Shown here one piece after another: positions 24,276 through 37,065 of a stretch of DNA of 64,000 nt; position 1 is the stretch's first letter; every line of letters begins with the position of its first letter. Source of the DNA: Mobula hypostoma (Eukaryota); NCBI RefSeq assembly GCF_963921235.1, contig NC_086097.1, positions 233,928,001-233,992,000 of the forward strand, written 5' to 3'. The notes beneath the pieces are model-generated. The model did not search any database and had not been told where the DNA came from. It was given only the letters and a program-made list of their open reading frames with translations. The position numbers were made by a program, and so were the translations under genes.

Positions 24276-25286
24276 TTATTCCATTCATTTTCATGAATGA
24301 CTAAAACCGTTCAACAACAAACTGCAGTCCGTTGTCAGTAAGCAAGTATCCTAACAACATTGGGTGAAGCTGTAGAGGAGGCTATTGGGAACATATCTGG
24401 TCAATTTTTAGCTGCATCCACTACTACCAGGAAATTTATGCCTACGAATGGTCCAGCAAACTTATCTGAATCCTCTGTCAGGCCAATGCAGGCCATTCCC
24501 AGGGATGGAGAGGCACTGCTCTTGGCATCTTCTGGATGTGTTGGCATCCCAAACAGTGCATGGCAAGCTGCTTGATCTGCTGACTTATCTCAGGTCACCA
24601 GACAAAACTTTGAGCCAATGCTTTCATTTTGACCATGCCTAGATGACCAGCCTGTAGCTCCTCCAACACTTCAGCTCTCAGCTTGAATGGTACAACAGCT
24701 GTCAATCTCTACATAATCCCGTCACAAGGCAACCTCCATCAAGGGAAAGTTCATCCCAGTAATGGTAAAGCCGGAGGAACTTGGAACCTTACTGCACGTT
24801 TCAGCCATTTTGCAATGTCACATAGACCTGAGAGACTGTGGGGTCTTTTCTAGTTTTCTCTTTGATCATCTCATAAGGAGACATTCAATTTGCATTAGGG
24901 ACAACACATCAAGAGGCATGTCCTCTTCTGTATATTTTTCAGGTATTTCCTTTTCCAAGGGTAGATAGGACAATCCATCAGCATTTCCATGATTAGCTGT
25001 ACTCTTGAAATCAATCTTGTAATTGTGTCTTCCAAGAAACAGAGCCCATCTTTATATTTCTGCTGCTACTGTTAATGGAACACCCCACCCTTCTGTGGAT
25101 TGGAAATGTTCAATAGTGGTTGATGATCAGAAATGAGGGTAAACTCTCTTCCATACAAGTACTGGTTGAAACATTTTATGCCCCAATATAGAATCAAGGC
25201 CTTTCTGTCATTCTGTGCAATTTTTTTTCTCTGCAGTGGTAAGGGAACATGATGCAAAGGCTATGGGTGTTCACTTCCTTCACTCA

Positions 25287-25625
25287 TAACATAAGAACAT
25301 ACAAAATAGGAGCAGGAGTTGGCCATCTGGCCTGTCGAGCCTGCTCCACCATTCAATGGACTTCATGGACTTATCTCCACCTACCTGCCCTTTCCCCATA
25401 ACCCTTAATTCCCCTACTATGCAAAAATCTATCCAACTTTGTCTTAAATATATTTACTGAGGTAGCCTCCACTGCTTCATTGGGCAGAGAATTCCACAGA
25501 TTCCCCACTCCTGGGAGAGTCAGTTCCTCCTCTACTCCAACCTAAATCTACTCTCCCTAATCGTGAAGCTATGTCCCCTAGTTCTAGTCTCACCTACCAG
25601 TGGAAACAACTTACCTGCCTCTACA
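25287..25625 (-). mobile_element. CR1 3' fragment nested in Gypsy
   Basis: aacataagaacata tail; ggcagagaattccacagatt. Confidence 0.9.
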
Positions 25626-25654
25626 CATGAAATGACTTCACCAACAACCTAAGG

Positions 25655-26065
25655 TACTTTATACTTTATTCTCGCCAAACAATTGATACTAGAGCGTACA
25701 ATCATCACAGAGATTTTTGATTTTGCTCTTCGAGCTCCCTGGAGTACAAATCAATAGTAAATATTAAAAACCTAAATTATAAATCATAAATAGAAAATAG
25801 AAAAGGGAAAGTAAGGTAGTGCAAAAAAACCGAGAGGCAGGTCCGGATATTTGGAGGGTACGGCCCAGATCCGGGTCAGGATCCGTTCAGCAGTCTTATC
25901 ACAGTTGGAAAGAAGCTGTTCCCAAATCTGGTTGTACAAGTCTTCAAGCTCCTGAGCCTTCTCCCGGAGGGAAGAGGGACGAAAAGTGTGTTGGTTGGGT
26001 GGGTCGTGTCCTTGATTATCCTGGCAGCACTGCTCCGACTGCGTGCGGTGTAAAGTGAGTCCAAT
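25655..26065 (-). mobile_element. Rex1/Babar 3' fragment nested in Gypsy
   Basis: IIKDTTHP...LPSGRRLRSL...RFGNSFFPTVIRLLNGS. Confidence 0.92.
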
Positions 26066-27378
26066 TGCGGGGTAAGGTAAGCTTCACTGGGTGATGTGGA
26101 TCATGATGTGTGTGTACAGTGTCTGATGTCACTCTTTCCTTCACCTATTTGAAAGCCAGCTCTCACCGCTTTGTCCATTGTCATTTCTTCCTGATCTGTA
26201 TTAATGAGTTCAAAGGGCGGAGCACAGAGGCCAGGTTTGACAAGAACCTGTTAAAATGATTGACAAATTCTAATCAAGGACAGTAACTGTGACACATCCT
26301 TTATTCTCGGAGCATCTACCACTGTTCAGATTTTCTCAGCACAATTTGGTAATACTTGTGCGTCAATGATGGAACATAGTACGTGATACTTGGAGTTTGT
26401 ACTCGTTACATTGTGCTTTGAGCCCATAATCTTCTAATATGTTTAATACTGCATTGAGATTTTGGAGATGTTCCTTGTCATCCTTACTGGTAACAATGAT
26501 ACCATCCAGATAACACTAAGTACCTGGGCAGCCTTGCAGCACCTGGTCTCTCTGACAAGAGTGTAGGTGCTGATGCTAAGCCAAAAATAAGCCTATTATG
26601 GTAATAAAGCTCTTTGAAAGTATGATGAGAAATAGTTTGTACTCTCCAAATGTAGGTAGGCCTCAGCTAAGTCCACTTTGCTGAAATATTTTCCTTCAAA
26701 AAGTTTTGCAAAGATATTCTGGGCAGAAGGTATTGATCTACATTCAGTACTACATTGATGGTGAACTTAATGTCATCACAGATCCTAACAGACCCATCCT
26801 TCTTGGCTACTGGGACTACTGGCATTGCCTATGGGCTGGACTCAGTCTTGGAAGGAATTTCTTCAGCCTCCATGTAATCTAGCTCACTGGCTACTTTATC
26901 ATGGATAGTATAAGGAACTGGACAGGTTTTGCAAAACTTGGGTGTGACATTTTCATTTAACACTATTTACCCTTGAAGTGTTTGAGTATTCAATATATCC
27001 TTGAACACTGTTGTGTCATCTTTCAGTACCTTTCTTAATTCTCTTTCTGTTACCTCTATTACAAGGAATGTGTCTTGTAAGTAGTGGATGGATCTCTAAT
27101 CTAGTTGTACATATTTCAGCCAATCATGACCTCATAATGCTGGCCCCTCCCATTTTAACAAGGTGTGTCTTGTTGATAGTTGTATTTCACTTTTACAAAT
27201 GTCATTTCCAAAGTAGCTATCTTTTCGCCAGTATAAATTCTCAGTTGTATATCTGCAGGCTTCAGTTCAGTATCTTTGAAATGCCCTTCAAACTTATTTT
27301 GTGGAATGACTGAAACAGCTGAACCAGAGTCCAAAGCCATTTTAGTTAATTTGTCATTCCTTTCTGGTGTAAGCCATA

Positions 27379-27856
27379 AGGTCAGGTCACTCATCTGAGT
27401 GCTACTGGTCCCATGTAACCCAGTACTACCTGTCGAATGGTCGGGTGGTCGGCGACTAAACCGGCTCCCCCACCAGGCTTGCCTGCTGAGGAGGGTGGCT
27501 AGACACCCTGCAGGACGAAAAACAACCTGTCAAAGGGCGGATGAATCCTCTCGTGGGGTCAAAGGCCATCTAGCAAACATGTGCCGTGAAGCGCAGAAAG
27601 GGCATCCCTAGCATCGAAGCTTGGCCTGGCCATTCACTGCAACAGAACTTCCCCCAGCTGTCTTGGACCCCACCATGCCGCTGGATCCGAGAGGGGATGT
27701 CGAGAGGGGGGGTCTGGACCTGTGCAACCCCCTACTCACCTAAAATCCACTCACGCACATGCTGTTCCTTTCTGAGGAGTGGGGTACCACCCCACCAACT
27801 GACTGAAAGGAACCATCATCATCCTATGGGATGGATAGCCAGAGAGAGAGAGAGAG
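27379..27856 (+). mobile_element. Non-autonomous retroposon (RTE-like) with (AG)n tail and 8-bp TSD
   Basis: TSD aagcc(a/g)ta at 27371-27378 and 27857-27864; GC-rich; interrupts Gypsy just upstream of the protease motif; family assignment tentative. Confidence 0.7.
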
Positions 27857-29054
27857 AAGCCGTATTGCTTGACTATTGTTAGCTTTACAATTAAAATGTT
27901 AAGGCTACCCAGTCTTGTGTCACTCTCATCATTATCAGGTTTTTTTAAAATCAACAGCAAGCATATTAGTACTCTTTTTGAAACTGCTACTTGATTTTTT
28001 ATCTTTTTCTCTTTGTGCAGTCCATTTATTTTTGTCTGCCTGACATACTTTTTGTATGTGTCCTACGTTGTTGCATTTTCTGCAAGTTTCACATTTAAGC
28101 CTGCATTGGTCTGGTGTATGTCAGCCCCTGCCATAATGGTAATGCAAGTTGTTTGGCTAGGCAGATTTCTGCTTAGTTCACCACTGTCGTTCTTGAATGT
28201 AACCCAGTTGTGTCTCTTGCTGATGTTTCTATTGATACAGCTATATCAACTGCTCTTTTAACTGCAATAGTTTCAATTGGAAACCATTTTTGAATGACTT
28301 CTTGTAAGATTCCACACTCTAACTGATCATTCAATGCAACATTAAGACCATAACTGAACTGACAATATTCAGACAATCTTAATTCTAACTGATATAAATT
28401 CTGCTTCCCTTTTTATTTTGCTTATGAAACCTAACTCAAAGCACTCAGCAAAATTGGCACCTGATTCTCATGTGCTATTTAATTAGTTTAAAAATACAGC
28501 TCAATTCACTTAGTATACATAAGCCAGTTATCTATTGTGCAGTCGAACTCTACATCTTTCTGATGCAGCCATCCATTGTCTCTTTTTCTAAATTTATGAT
28601 TATCATCTCCCGGTACTCACTGTTTATGAACCCATGAATTGGTTCATTTTCTTCCTTTTTTTAAGCATGACTGTCTTTCCTCTCTCCCTTCCAAAGAGAC
28701 ATCTGCTGCACTGCTTTTTTTTAACTTGAACATTTTGTTGTGCCTTTTTAAACTCAAATGTCTCACTGTTCTTGAACAGGTAGATAATTGTCTTGGGTTC
28801 ATTTTAAAATTTCCTCATCACCACTATTATGTTTTGTGACTCATAACATCAAACTAACTGAAAGGAAACACAGAGTCGGGAACCTACTTCTGAGTTTCAT
28901 TTTTAATTTAAGAGAGGCACACACGTATGACATGGTGGTGTGATGACCCGTTATATAACCCATAATGATTTAATTAAAGAAACCAAAACAGTTAATCAAA
29001 GAATATATTTGAAATATTACTCAAATATTACTGAAATATTAAATACACAACACT

Positions 29055-30310
29055 GCCATCCCTGATTGAGTCCCCTTCCAATCAATTTTAGCGAGTTTCT
29101 GTCTTGTGTCTTGGTAATTTACGTTACTCCACTATAATACCAATATATTGAACTTCATCTTCTCACTCTCAAACTGCAGGGTCAATTCTTTCATATTATG
29201 ATCCAGGGGTTCCTTTATCTTAAGCTCCCTGATAAAACCTGGTTCACAACACAATCCCCAATCCAGAATTGATCTTTCTATAATGGGCTAAGCCATAAGC
29301 TGCTCTGAAAAGCCATCTTGTAGGTATTCTACAAATTGTCCCTCTCTGGATCCAGCACCAACCTGATTTTTCCAATCTCACTGTATATTGAAATCCCCTA
29401 TGACCATTGTAGCATTGCCTTTATATCATGCTTTTTCCATCTGCCATTGTAAAATATTTTCCACATCCTGGCTACTGTTTGGAGGCCTGTATATAACTCC
29501 CATCAGAGTCGTTTTACCCTTGCAGTTTCTTAACTCTACCTACAAGGTTTCTGAATCTTCCGACCCTATGCCACCTCTTATTAAAGATTTGATTCATATT
29601 TTTACCAACAGAGTCATCCCAGTCTTTCTGCCTATCCTTTCAATAAAATGTGTATCATTGGACATCAAGATCCTGACTATGATCTTCTTTCAACCATGAC
29701 TCAGTGATGCCCACAATGTCATACCTGCCAATATCTAACTACATGACAAAATAGTCTACTTTATTCTGTACACTGGAGCAGACATATATAACACCTTTAG
29801 TCCAGTATTTGTCACCCTTTTCAATTTTGCCCATATGTTACATTTCAATTCATCTCACTGACTGACTGTAATCTTGCCCTATCATCTGCCTGTCTTTTCT
29901 CACAATCTCACGACACAATGCATCGATTTGAATTCCAATTGCCTCATCTTCAGCCCTATCACTCCAGTTCCCATTCCCCTGCCAAATTAGTTTAAACTCT
30001 CCCTAACAATTCGAACAAACTGGCCCACAAGGCTACTGGTCCCTCTTGGGTTCAGGTGTAATTCATCTTATTGTAGAGGTCATACCTTCCCCAGAGGAGA
30101 TCCTAATGATCCAGAAATCGGAAACCTTGCGCCCTACACCACTTCCTCAGCCATTCATTCATCTGCCAAGTCATCCTATCCTTGCCCCGAATAGTACGTG
30201 GTACTGGGAGTAATCCAGAGATTATTTCCCTGGGGGTCCAGCTCATCATCTTCTTCCCTAACTCACTATACTTTCAATGCAGGACATCTTCCCCCTTTCT
30301 ACCAATGTCT
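29055..30310 (-). mobile_element. CR1 ORF1 (esterase) and ORF2 endonuclease, decayed
   Basis: tagtttaaac ORF1 end near 29990; minus-strand VIYRPPN and VIGDFN. Confidence 0.88.
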
Positions 30311-30314
30311 TTGA

Positions 30315-30600
30315 TGGTGAGGTGTGTTCTCAACTTTCTGCAGTATTTTTGTGAATAGAGGCGAATGATTTGCCAAACCTAGCCATAACACACCTGCAAA
30401 GAATGCTTTCTATGATGCAGTGATAAAAATCGTTGAGGGTCAAAGGGGACATTTCAAATTTCTTTAAGCTCCTTAGGACTTTAGGTAAAATGTTGGTGCG
30501 TTTGATCACAGTAATTACTATGGGATCAACTAAAGGTGTTATTGTCATTTTAAAACATATTTTTATGATCACAAGACCATGCTGAACATTAAGAACTTAA
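30315..30600 (-). mobile_element. Rex1/Babar fragment
   Basis: LRSLKKF...FYHCIIESIL. Confidence 0.75.
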
Positions 30601-30619
30601 AGTACAGCAGCTCTACACC

Positions 30620-31230
30620 ATCACTGAGTGACTCATTGGTGGAGAAAGAGAAGGAGCTGGATATGATGTGGATTGTGCTGCTGCCTACGTCAGAGTGGTG
30701 TCGGAGGAGTCATAGCACAAAATCAGTGTGCAGTCTAACAACGAGTGATAGTCTTATTTACCTTTCTTCTGAAAGCAAGAACCTGTTGGACATTGTTAAT
30801 GTGGAATGCTGCAAGTCTGATTTATTGACAGACGATGGGGGAGCTGCGTTGTCTTGGTCGTAGTGAGGACTAAGCTTCAAGACGCGGTGTCACATGTTTA
30901 CACCTGCCCAGGAGAGAGGCATCAGAATCACCTCGCTCTACCGGCGGCAGTTTGGCTTGGTATCCAAGTTGTCCCCCAGTGTTCGCTCAGCAGAAGACAA
31001 GCTGTATTGTGTTTGACTGCAGACTCATGCAACATTCATGAACTTGCAGTCTTGGATGTACATTTTCTTGTATTTTACTCATACCTTATATGCGCCAGGT
31101 GCATCTTGTGCTGTGGGTGACTGATGGTACTGTGTTTTGTGCCTTGACCCTGGACTAACGCAGTTTTATTTAGCTGTATTTATGGGTATTGATGTATGGT
31201 TGAATGAAAATTAAGCCTTGAACTTGAACT
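30620..31230 (+). mobile_element. Non-autonomous retroelement with (TTGAAC)n tail
   Basis: Ends aaaattaagccttgaacttgaact; no ORF. Confidence 0.5.
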
Positions 31231-31364
31231 TACTGATGCACTTTTGTGGCAATGGCATCTACATGGTAAGACCAGGACAGGCTATTGGAGGATCCTTTTG
31301 CTGGATATTAGGAAGGAAATTTAAAAATTATAGGCCTTGGACACTGAATGCTGCCAATAGTGAT

Positions 31365-31485
31365 CAATACACACAAAACGCTGAAGAAAAGCAACAGATC
31401 AGGCAGCATCCAAAGAGGAAGATGAACAGTCTGTACTTCAATTGTTCCAATGAAAGGCCTGAAATGTCAACTGTTCAATTGTTCT
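31365..31485. mobile_element. Decayed copy of the palindromic Penelope-derived family
   Basis: acacacaaaacgctg...caggcagcatc...gaacagt and ggcctgaaatgtcaactgttc. Confidence 0.6.
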
Positions 31486-31489
31486 GAAT

Positions 31490-31686
31490 AGTTCAGAGGA
31501 AATTGGCCAGACTGGTTCAGGCTGACAGGAAGGCAATAGTAACTCAAATAACCACTCATTACAACAGTGGTGTGCTGAAGAGTACTTCTGAATGCACAAC
31601 ACATCAAACCTTGAGATGGATGGGCTACAGCAGCAGAAGACCACACTGTGTTCCTCTCTTGTGCTTAATAAATTGGCCACTGAGTG
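31490..31686 (+). mobile_element. Tc1-like fragment ending in a TIR
   Basis: RLVQADRKAIVTQIT...TLRWMGYSSRRP; taataaattggccactgagtg|TA. Confidence 0.85.
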
Positions 31687-31890
31687 TAATTTGTATAGCC
31701 AGTTTCAAAGCATAACAGTCATCATACATGGACTGAAAGGAGCCCAGATTGCAGTCAGCAATCCTCAGGCGGGTTCGCTGGCTGATGTGCAAAGACAGAC
31801 AAGATTAAGAACAGAATGCCAACTAAAATTTCGGTTGGCAATTCTCCCGTACACTTGAGCTGTTGGTAACTGCAAACTCCAGAAAGGTCC

Positions 31891-31904
31891 ATTGCCATGG
31901 TAAC
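31891..31904. promoter_or_regulatory. Candidate RFX X-box
   Basis: aTTGCCATGGTAAC, one mismatch to GTTNCCATGGNAAC, in non-repeat-looking DNA. Confidence 0.35.
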
Positions 31905-32017
31905 AGAGAGCAAAACCTTTTGCATAAGTCAGGAGAGAGAATGCCAGAATTTCCTCTTTAGCTAATTGCATTTTGAATCCTTCCTTTTACGTCCCTACTT
32001 AACCAAGCGGAGAGTGA

Positions 32018-32265
32018 GGGGCAGCACATAGTGTGGCACTCAGCATAATGATTTTACAGCACCCTCCACCCAGGCTGAATTCCCACTGCTGTCTGTAAGG
32101 AGTTTAGACACTCTCATCATAACCGCGTGGGTTTCTTCCGGGTGCCCTGGTTTCCTCCCACACCCCAAAATCTTCTGTGTTGAAGGTTAATTGGTCTCTG
32201 GGCTATAACAGAGTGGCATGGGCTCTTTGGACCAGACTGACTTGTTATCATGCTGTATCTCTAAA
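32018..32265 (+). mobile_element. HE1-like SINE
   Basis: gcgtgggtttcttccgggtgccctggtttcctccca core. Confidence 0.85.
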
Positions 32266-33132
32266 TACTTTCTTAATTAAAATAACGTATTGAGATTCTC
32301 TACACACCTTGGATTCCAGTATCTTTCTGCTATTTCACAATATCATGCTGTTTTTCTGACCAAGAGAGTAGGTTATTGTTGGTGCAGGTCAGGTCTGATA
32401 ACTTATCCACCATATCATTTCGAGGGCAAAGTAGAGAGAGGAGAGTATGAGATATGTATTTTTTTTTAATAAGGTGGAGCATGTAAGTGTCTTAATTCTA
32501 TGCTAGAAGATGACAAGAGAAGACTTAGATTTGGTTTTATCTGTATTTCTTTGAGAGTCTGCTTTAGAAAGTAGACCTCCACTTGGTCCTTCTATCAATC
32601 CTCAACTGCTCACAATTAATGATAAGTAATCTCCTTTCTCCATCTGAAATAAAATCTCATTTCCTTCCCCATTACTACTAATAGCAATTTTCTCACATCC
32701 TTGTCTCCATCCCCAGATATTTGTTCCTCCAGACTGACCATTTCTTAAGTACATGTAAATATGTAATATGTACTTTACATGTGTATCTATAGATTAAGTA
32801 TAGATTAAGTATATACACAGTCTGGCTAAAGCTAGCTGCACAGATATGGTTTCTTTGTGTCCCTCTTTATTTCTCCATATAATCTGCATTGCTTAGATTC
32901 AAAGAAGGGAACTAGAAGGCATGCATACACATATGGACGGACAAGCCCTACACACTCACAAACATCACAATTTGACACAAATTCCAAAGTGTCATAGAGG
33001 ATAGAAGCTTAACAAAAGGAAAGAGTATTCACTGTAGCTAAACTGGTGAACAGTTTGTGAGTTAATAATGGAATCCTATAACCAATATTTTTTAAACTCA
33101 AATCTTCTGAAAGAATAAGATTATCGTAATAG

Positions 33133-33326
33133 ACACAAAATGCTGGAAGAATTCAAAATGTCAAGCAGCATCTAAGGGAAGAAATAAACAGTCAACGTTT
33201 CGGGCTGAGGCCTGAAATGCTGACTATTTATTCCTTCCTATAGATGCTGCCTGGCCTGCTGAGTTCCTCCAGCATTTTGTGTGTGTTCCTCTGGATTTCC
33301 GGCTTCTGCAGAATCTCTTTTGTGTA
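33133..33326. mobile_element. Palindromic Penelope-derived element, centre within hammerhead stem II
   Basis: Arms acacaaaatgctgga... and ...tccagcattttgtgt; centre tttcgggc-tgag-gcctgaaa; 3' tail ctgcagaatctc. Confidence 0.85.
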
Positions 33327-33544
33327 TCAGATTATGTCCTTGGCAAATACTTTGTTGTGAGAAATAACATTAATTGGATTAAAAAGCAATCACAGGAGAA
33401 CTTGAGATATGGTGTGGATTTACAGAGTTTGCCGCACTATATAGGCAGGGCAAAGATGAAGTTTCGGCGCGGCTTCAAAATGATGACTTTGAAATGAAAA
33501 AAATCAAAAAACTGAAAATACTCAAAATCTGAAATAAAAACAAA

Positions 33545-34325
33545 ATCCACGCCAAGAACAGAAGTCGGGTCTGAGGCAGAGGAGTTCTAAGGCACATGCA
33601 AATGGTCGGAGTGTGAGGTTGGATCACTCTGGAAACCGGGAGGACAAGCCAGGACAGAGGAGATTTGGTGCCTGTACTAGTTCGTCTAAGTGCGAGGTTG
33701 GATGCTCTGGGTGCTGAGCTGATTTGATGAGCCTGAGAATGGCTTCAGGCCGGGTGGTGAAATCTGGGCAAGCCTCTGGGGCAGTGTGGTCTGGGCCCCA
33801 AGCCCTTCACTATAGCTGAGTCCTAGTGCACTAGTTAGGTAATTTAAACGCCAGCCCAGATCAGAGGTAAGAACCAATTTTGCTGGAGCCTTTCGCTGTT
33901 CCATTGTATGACCAATTTAAACGCCAGCCCAGATAGACTGAAAAGATAAGGTATCAGGATCCGAGGCAAGAGCCAATTTTGCTCACACTGCATGATGGTC
34001 ACTCTTCTCTCCATGGTGCTGAGGCTATGAAGACTGCCCCAGCTGCTGTGCTCCAAGTGTGCTGATATGAGGAACTGATAACTGAGGCTTTGGGCCTGCT
34101 CCAGCTGCTCCAGAGTTCAGATCAGAAAACTCAATTTGACTCAGAATGTTTTGTTTGCATGATTTGTGTTTTTGTTTTCCTTTCTCTTGCACATCAGGGT
34201 TTTTTTAATTTTTTTTTTCTTTAATTGGGTTCTATCTTGCTTTGTAGCTACCTGTAAACAAACAAAACTCAAGGTTGTATAATTTATACATACTTTGATA
34301 ATAAATACACTTTGAATCTTTGAAA
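33545..34325 (+). mobile_element. Non-autonomous retroelement with GC-rich head and Rex-like tail
   Basis: Internal duplication tttaaacgccagcccagat; tail actttgataataaa...tttgaa. Confidence 0.6.
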
Positions 34326-34748
34326 CTTGAGGACCTGAGTTATAGGGAGACGTTGATTAGGTTAGGACTTTACTCCACAGAACGTAGAAGATTGAGGGGG
34401 AATTTGATAGAAATATAGAAAATTATGAGAGGCATAGATAAGGTAAATGCATACAGGCTTTTTCCACGGAGGTTGGGTGAGCATACGAATAGAGCTCGCG
34501 GGTTAAGAGTGAAAGATGAATGCTTTATGGGAACATCAGAGGATCATCAGAGTGTGGAACAAGCTGCCACCCCAAGTGGTGGATGCAGGGTCGATTTCAA
34601 CATTTAAGAAACGTTTGGATAGGTACATAGTATGGAAAGCTATGGTCTGGATGCAGGTCAATGGCACGAAGCAGATTAATGGTTCAGCATGGATTAGATG
34701 GGCCAAAGGGCCTGTTTCTGTGCTGTAGTGTTCTATGACTCTATGACT
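34326..34748 (+). mobile_element. CR1 3' fragment
   Basis: MRGIDKV...RVWNKLP; (CTATGACT) tail. Confidence 0.88.
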
Positions 34749-34749
34749 G

Positions 34750-34920
34750 TGGAAGCACTTAGCATATCAGGCATCTCTGGAAAGAGGAACAGAGATAATG
34801 CTTCAGGACAACAAAGTGTTTCAAACTGAGGCATTGAGTCTCAAAGTTCAAAGTTCAACGTTTCATTCTCCACAGGTACTGCCTGATCTGCTCTTTTTCC
34901 TAACATTTTCTGTTTATGTT
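34750..34920. mobile_element. Very decayed palindromic Penelope-derived copy
   Basis: agcatatcaggcatc and tgcctgatctgct arms. Confidence 0.45.
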
Positions 34921-34968
34921 GGTGAAAATAGAAAATTTGGTCTAGGTATTTGGGTTTTTGAGCCCATT

Positions 34969-35260
34969 TGTGAAGCGTGTTTAATATTTCAGTAACGTTG
35001 TAAATATATTGTTTGATTAAACATTCTTTGTTGATTACACATTCATTACAGGTTATATGCATGAAGTGCGTGAATAGAATACGTCATTACGCCACCACGT
35101 CATATGTGCATGCCTTACTAAAAGTAAAACTAAGAGTACCTAGGTAATTCCGGATTCCCATGCTTTTCTTTAGATTGCTTTTTAGAGTTACAGAAAATTA
35201 CAGTGGCGACAAGTAATTTTTAAAATGAATCTGAGATGGCCTGTTGAAGAGCATGTTTTT
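34969..35260 (+). mobile_element. Gypsy LTR plus PBS fragment (family of 28825-29052)
   Basis: tttaatatttcagtaa shared with that LTR; ends ttaca followed by gTGGCGAC. Confidence 0.82.
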
Positions 35261-35299
35261 TTTCCATGCAAGGGGAGAGAGACACTTCTGGCACCAACA

Positions 35300-35495
35300 T
35301 TGTGTGGCCAAAAGTTATTAATCCAATGTCTTTAGAATCTTTAGAATCAGGAGGAAAGTGGAGCTCCTGGGGGAACTTACTTGGTCATGGGAAGAGCATA
35401 CAAACTCCTTACACATAGCAGCAGGAATTGAACCCGGAGCGATGATTGCTGTCAGTGTAAAGTGATTGCACTAATCACTATATTACCATGCCACC
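35300..35495 (-). mobile_element. HE1-like SINE
   Basis: tacaaactccttaca...ggaattgaaccc. Confidence 0.75.
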
Positions 35496-36322
35496 ATTCC
35501 TTATTATTTTATAAAAGGAAAGTTTTCAAAGCAAAAGCACATAGTATACAGAAGTCAAAACACTAATAGAAATGTAAAGGATGGAGAATTGGGGTTACCT
35601 ACCAGTTATGCCATGTGTAAAGCGGAACAATATCTAGCTTAAAGGACATTTAATTGTCAATGCATTGATTGGTGCATCAGCATGGCAACAGTTTGCTCAA
35701 TTATGGGCAAGAACAATTATTCAAGTAAGCTCAGTCAAGCACCACTAGCAATGAGCATATGAAAGTGTAAACACTTTCAGGTGAACTCTAGGCCAAATTA
35801 AATAGTTATTGTGTATAACAATGAATAATTGTTCTCACCTTTGATGAGCAAATATTAACACAATAAAGGGTTGTTCTATATGGATATTAAGACAACTGAT
35901 GGCAATGTAGGCATAAAAATTTAAGGACTCTTAGACAGACACTACAGGCTATAATCTCCATACTTAAGACAATCCAGGTACAAAAGCAAATCTTTGGTAA
36001 GCCTCAAACTGTCTCAGATGCATTAAAGAACCAGCTAGAGGAAATAGTGGATAGTTCAGAACAAAGCAGAGTTCTGGCGAAGGCAAGGCAGAGTAATTGG
36101 TTAACTCTAGCCAAAGTTGTGTGTAAGGATGACAAAACTGACAACACTAAAGCAGAGAAATGATGACGAGCTTCCCCCTTTGCCTACATATTCAGATTTG
36201 GAAACAGCCAATAACTAACTATGAACGACAGTACTTTGCTGCAAATCTGGCTTATGGTAAGAAATGTTCACCAAATATCCAATAAGGCTCAAAGGACAAT
36301 CCAATAACTGTAAAATGTACTG

Positions 36323-36638
36323 TTCGTTCGTCATGTGCTGTGTCATGACGTAGGTGATTATCGTCTTTCCATGACCTTAATTGTTCTTGGCAAATTTTTC
36401 TACAGAAGTTATTTGCCACTGCCCTCTTCTGCATAGTGTCTTACAAGATGGGAGACCCCAGCCATTATCAATACTGTTCAGAGATTGTCTGCCTGGCATC
36501 AGTAGTCGCATAACAAGGACTCGTGATATGCACCAGCTGCTCATAAGGTCATCTACCACCTGCTCCCATGGCTTCATGTGTCCCTGATCAGGGGGCTAGG
36601 CAGGTGTCACACCTTGCCCAAGGATGACCTGCAGGCTA
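36323..36638 (-). mobile_element. Short retroposon with RTE-type tail
   Basis: Reverse complement matches 50394-50548 plus 50988-51210. Confidence 0.75.
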
Positions 36639-36639
36639 T

Positions 36640-37062
36640 CGTGGGGTGCTACCGCCGAGGATCGAAAGAAGCTACAGAAAGTTGTAAAATTAGTCAGCTC
36701 CATCTTGGGTACTAGCCTCTGTAGTATCCAAGACATCTTCAAGGAGCAGTGCCTCAGAAAGGTGGCGTCCATTATTAAGGATACCCATCACCCAGGACAT
36801 GCCCTCTTCTCACTTTTACCATTAGAAAGGAGTTATAAAAGCCTGAAGGCACACAGTCAGTGATTCAGGAACAGCTTCTTTCCCCACCGCCATCTGATTC
36901 CTAAATGGACATTGAACCCATGAACACTACCTCACTTTTTTTATATTATTTCTGTTTTTCCATATTTTTAATTTAACTATTTCATATACATATATTTACT
37001 AAAATTAATTTACTTATTTATTTTCTTTCTATATTATCATGTATTGCACTGTACTGCTACTG
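36640..37062 (+). mobile_element. Rex1/Babar 3' fragment
   Basis: DRKKLQKVVK...IIKDTHHPGHALFSLLP. Confidence 0.9.
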
Positions 37063-37065
37063 TTA

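Larger units (their letters stand above)
23836..29052 (-). mobile_element. Old Gypsy LTR retrotransposon: 5' LTR (28825-29052), PBS, gag, protease, RT, RNase H, integrase; heavily decayed, four nested insertions
   Basis: PBS-like tggtgatgagg; protease MALDSGSAVSVI; RNase H YLYGREFTLISDHQPL; integrase FLIAYRNTAPSTT. Confidence 0.92.
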
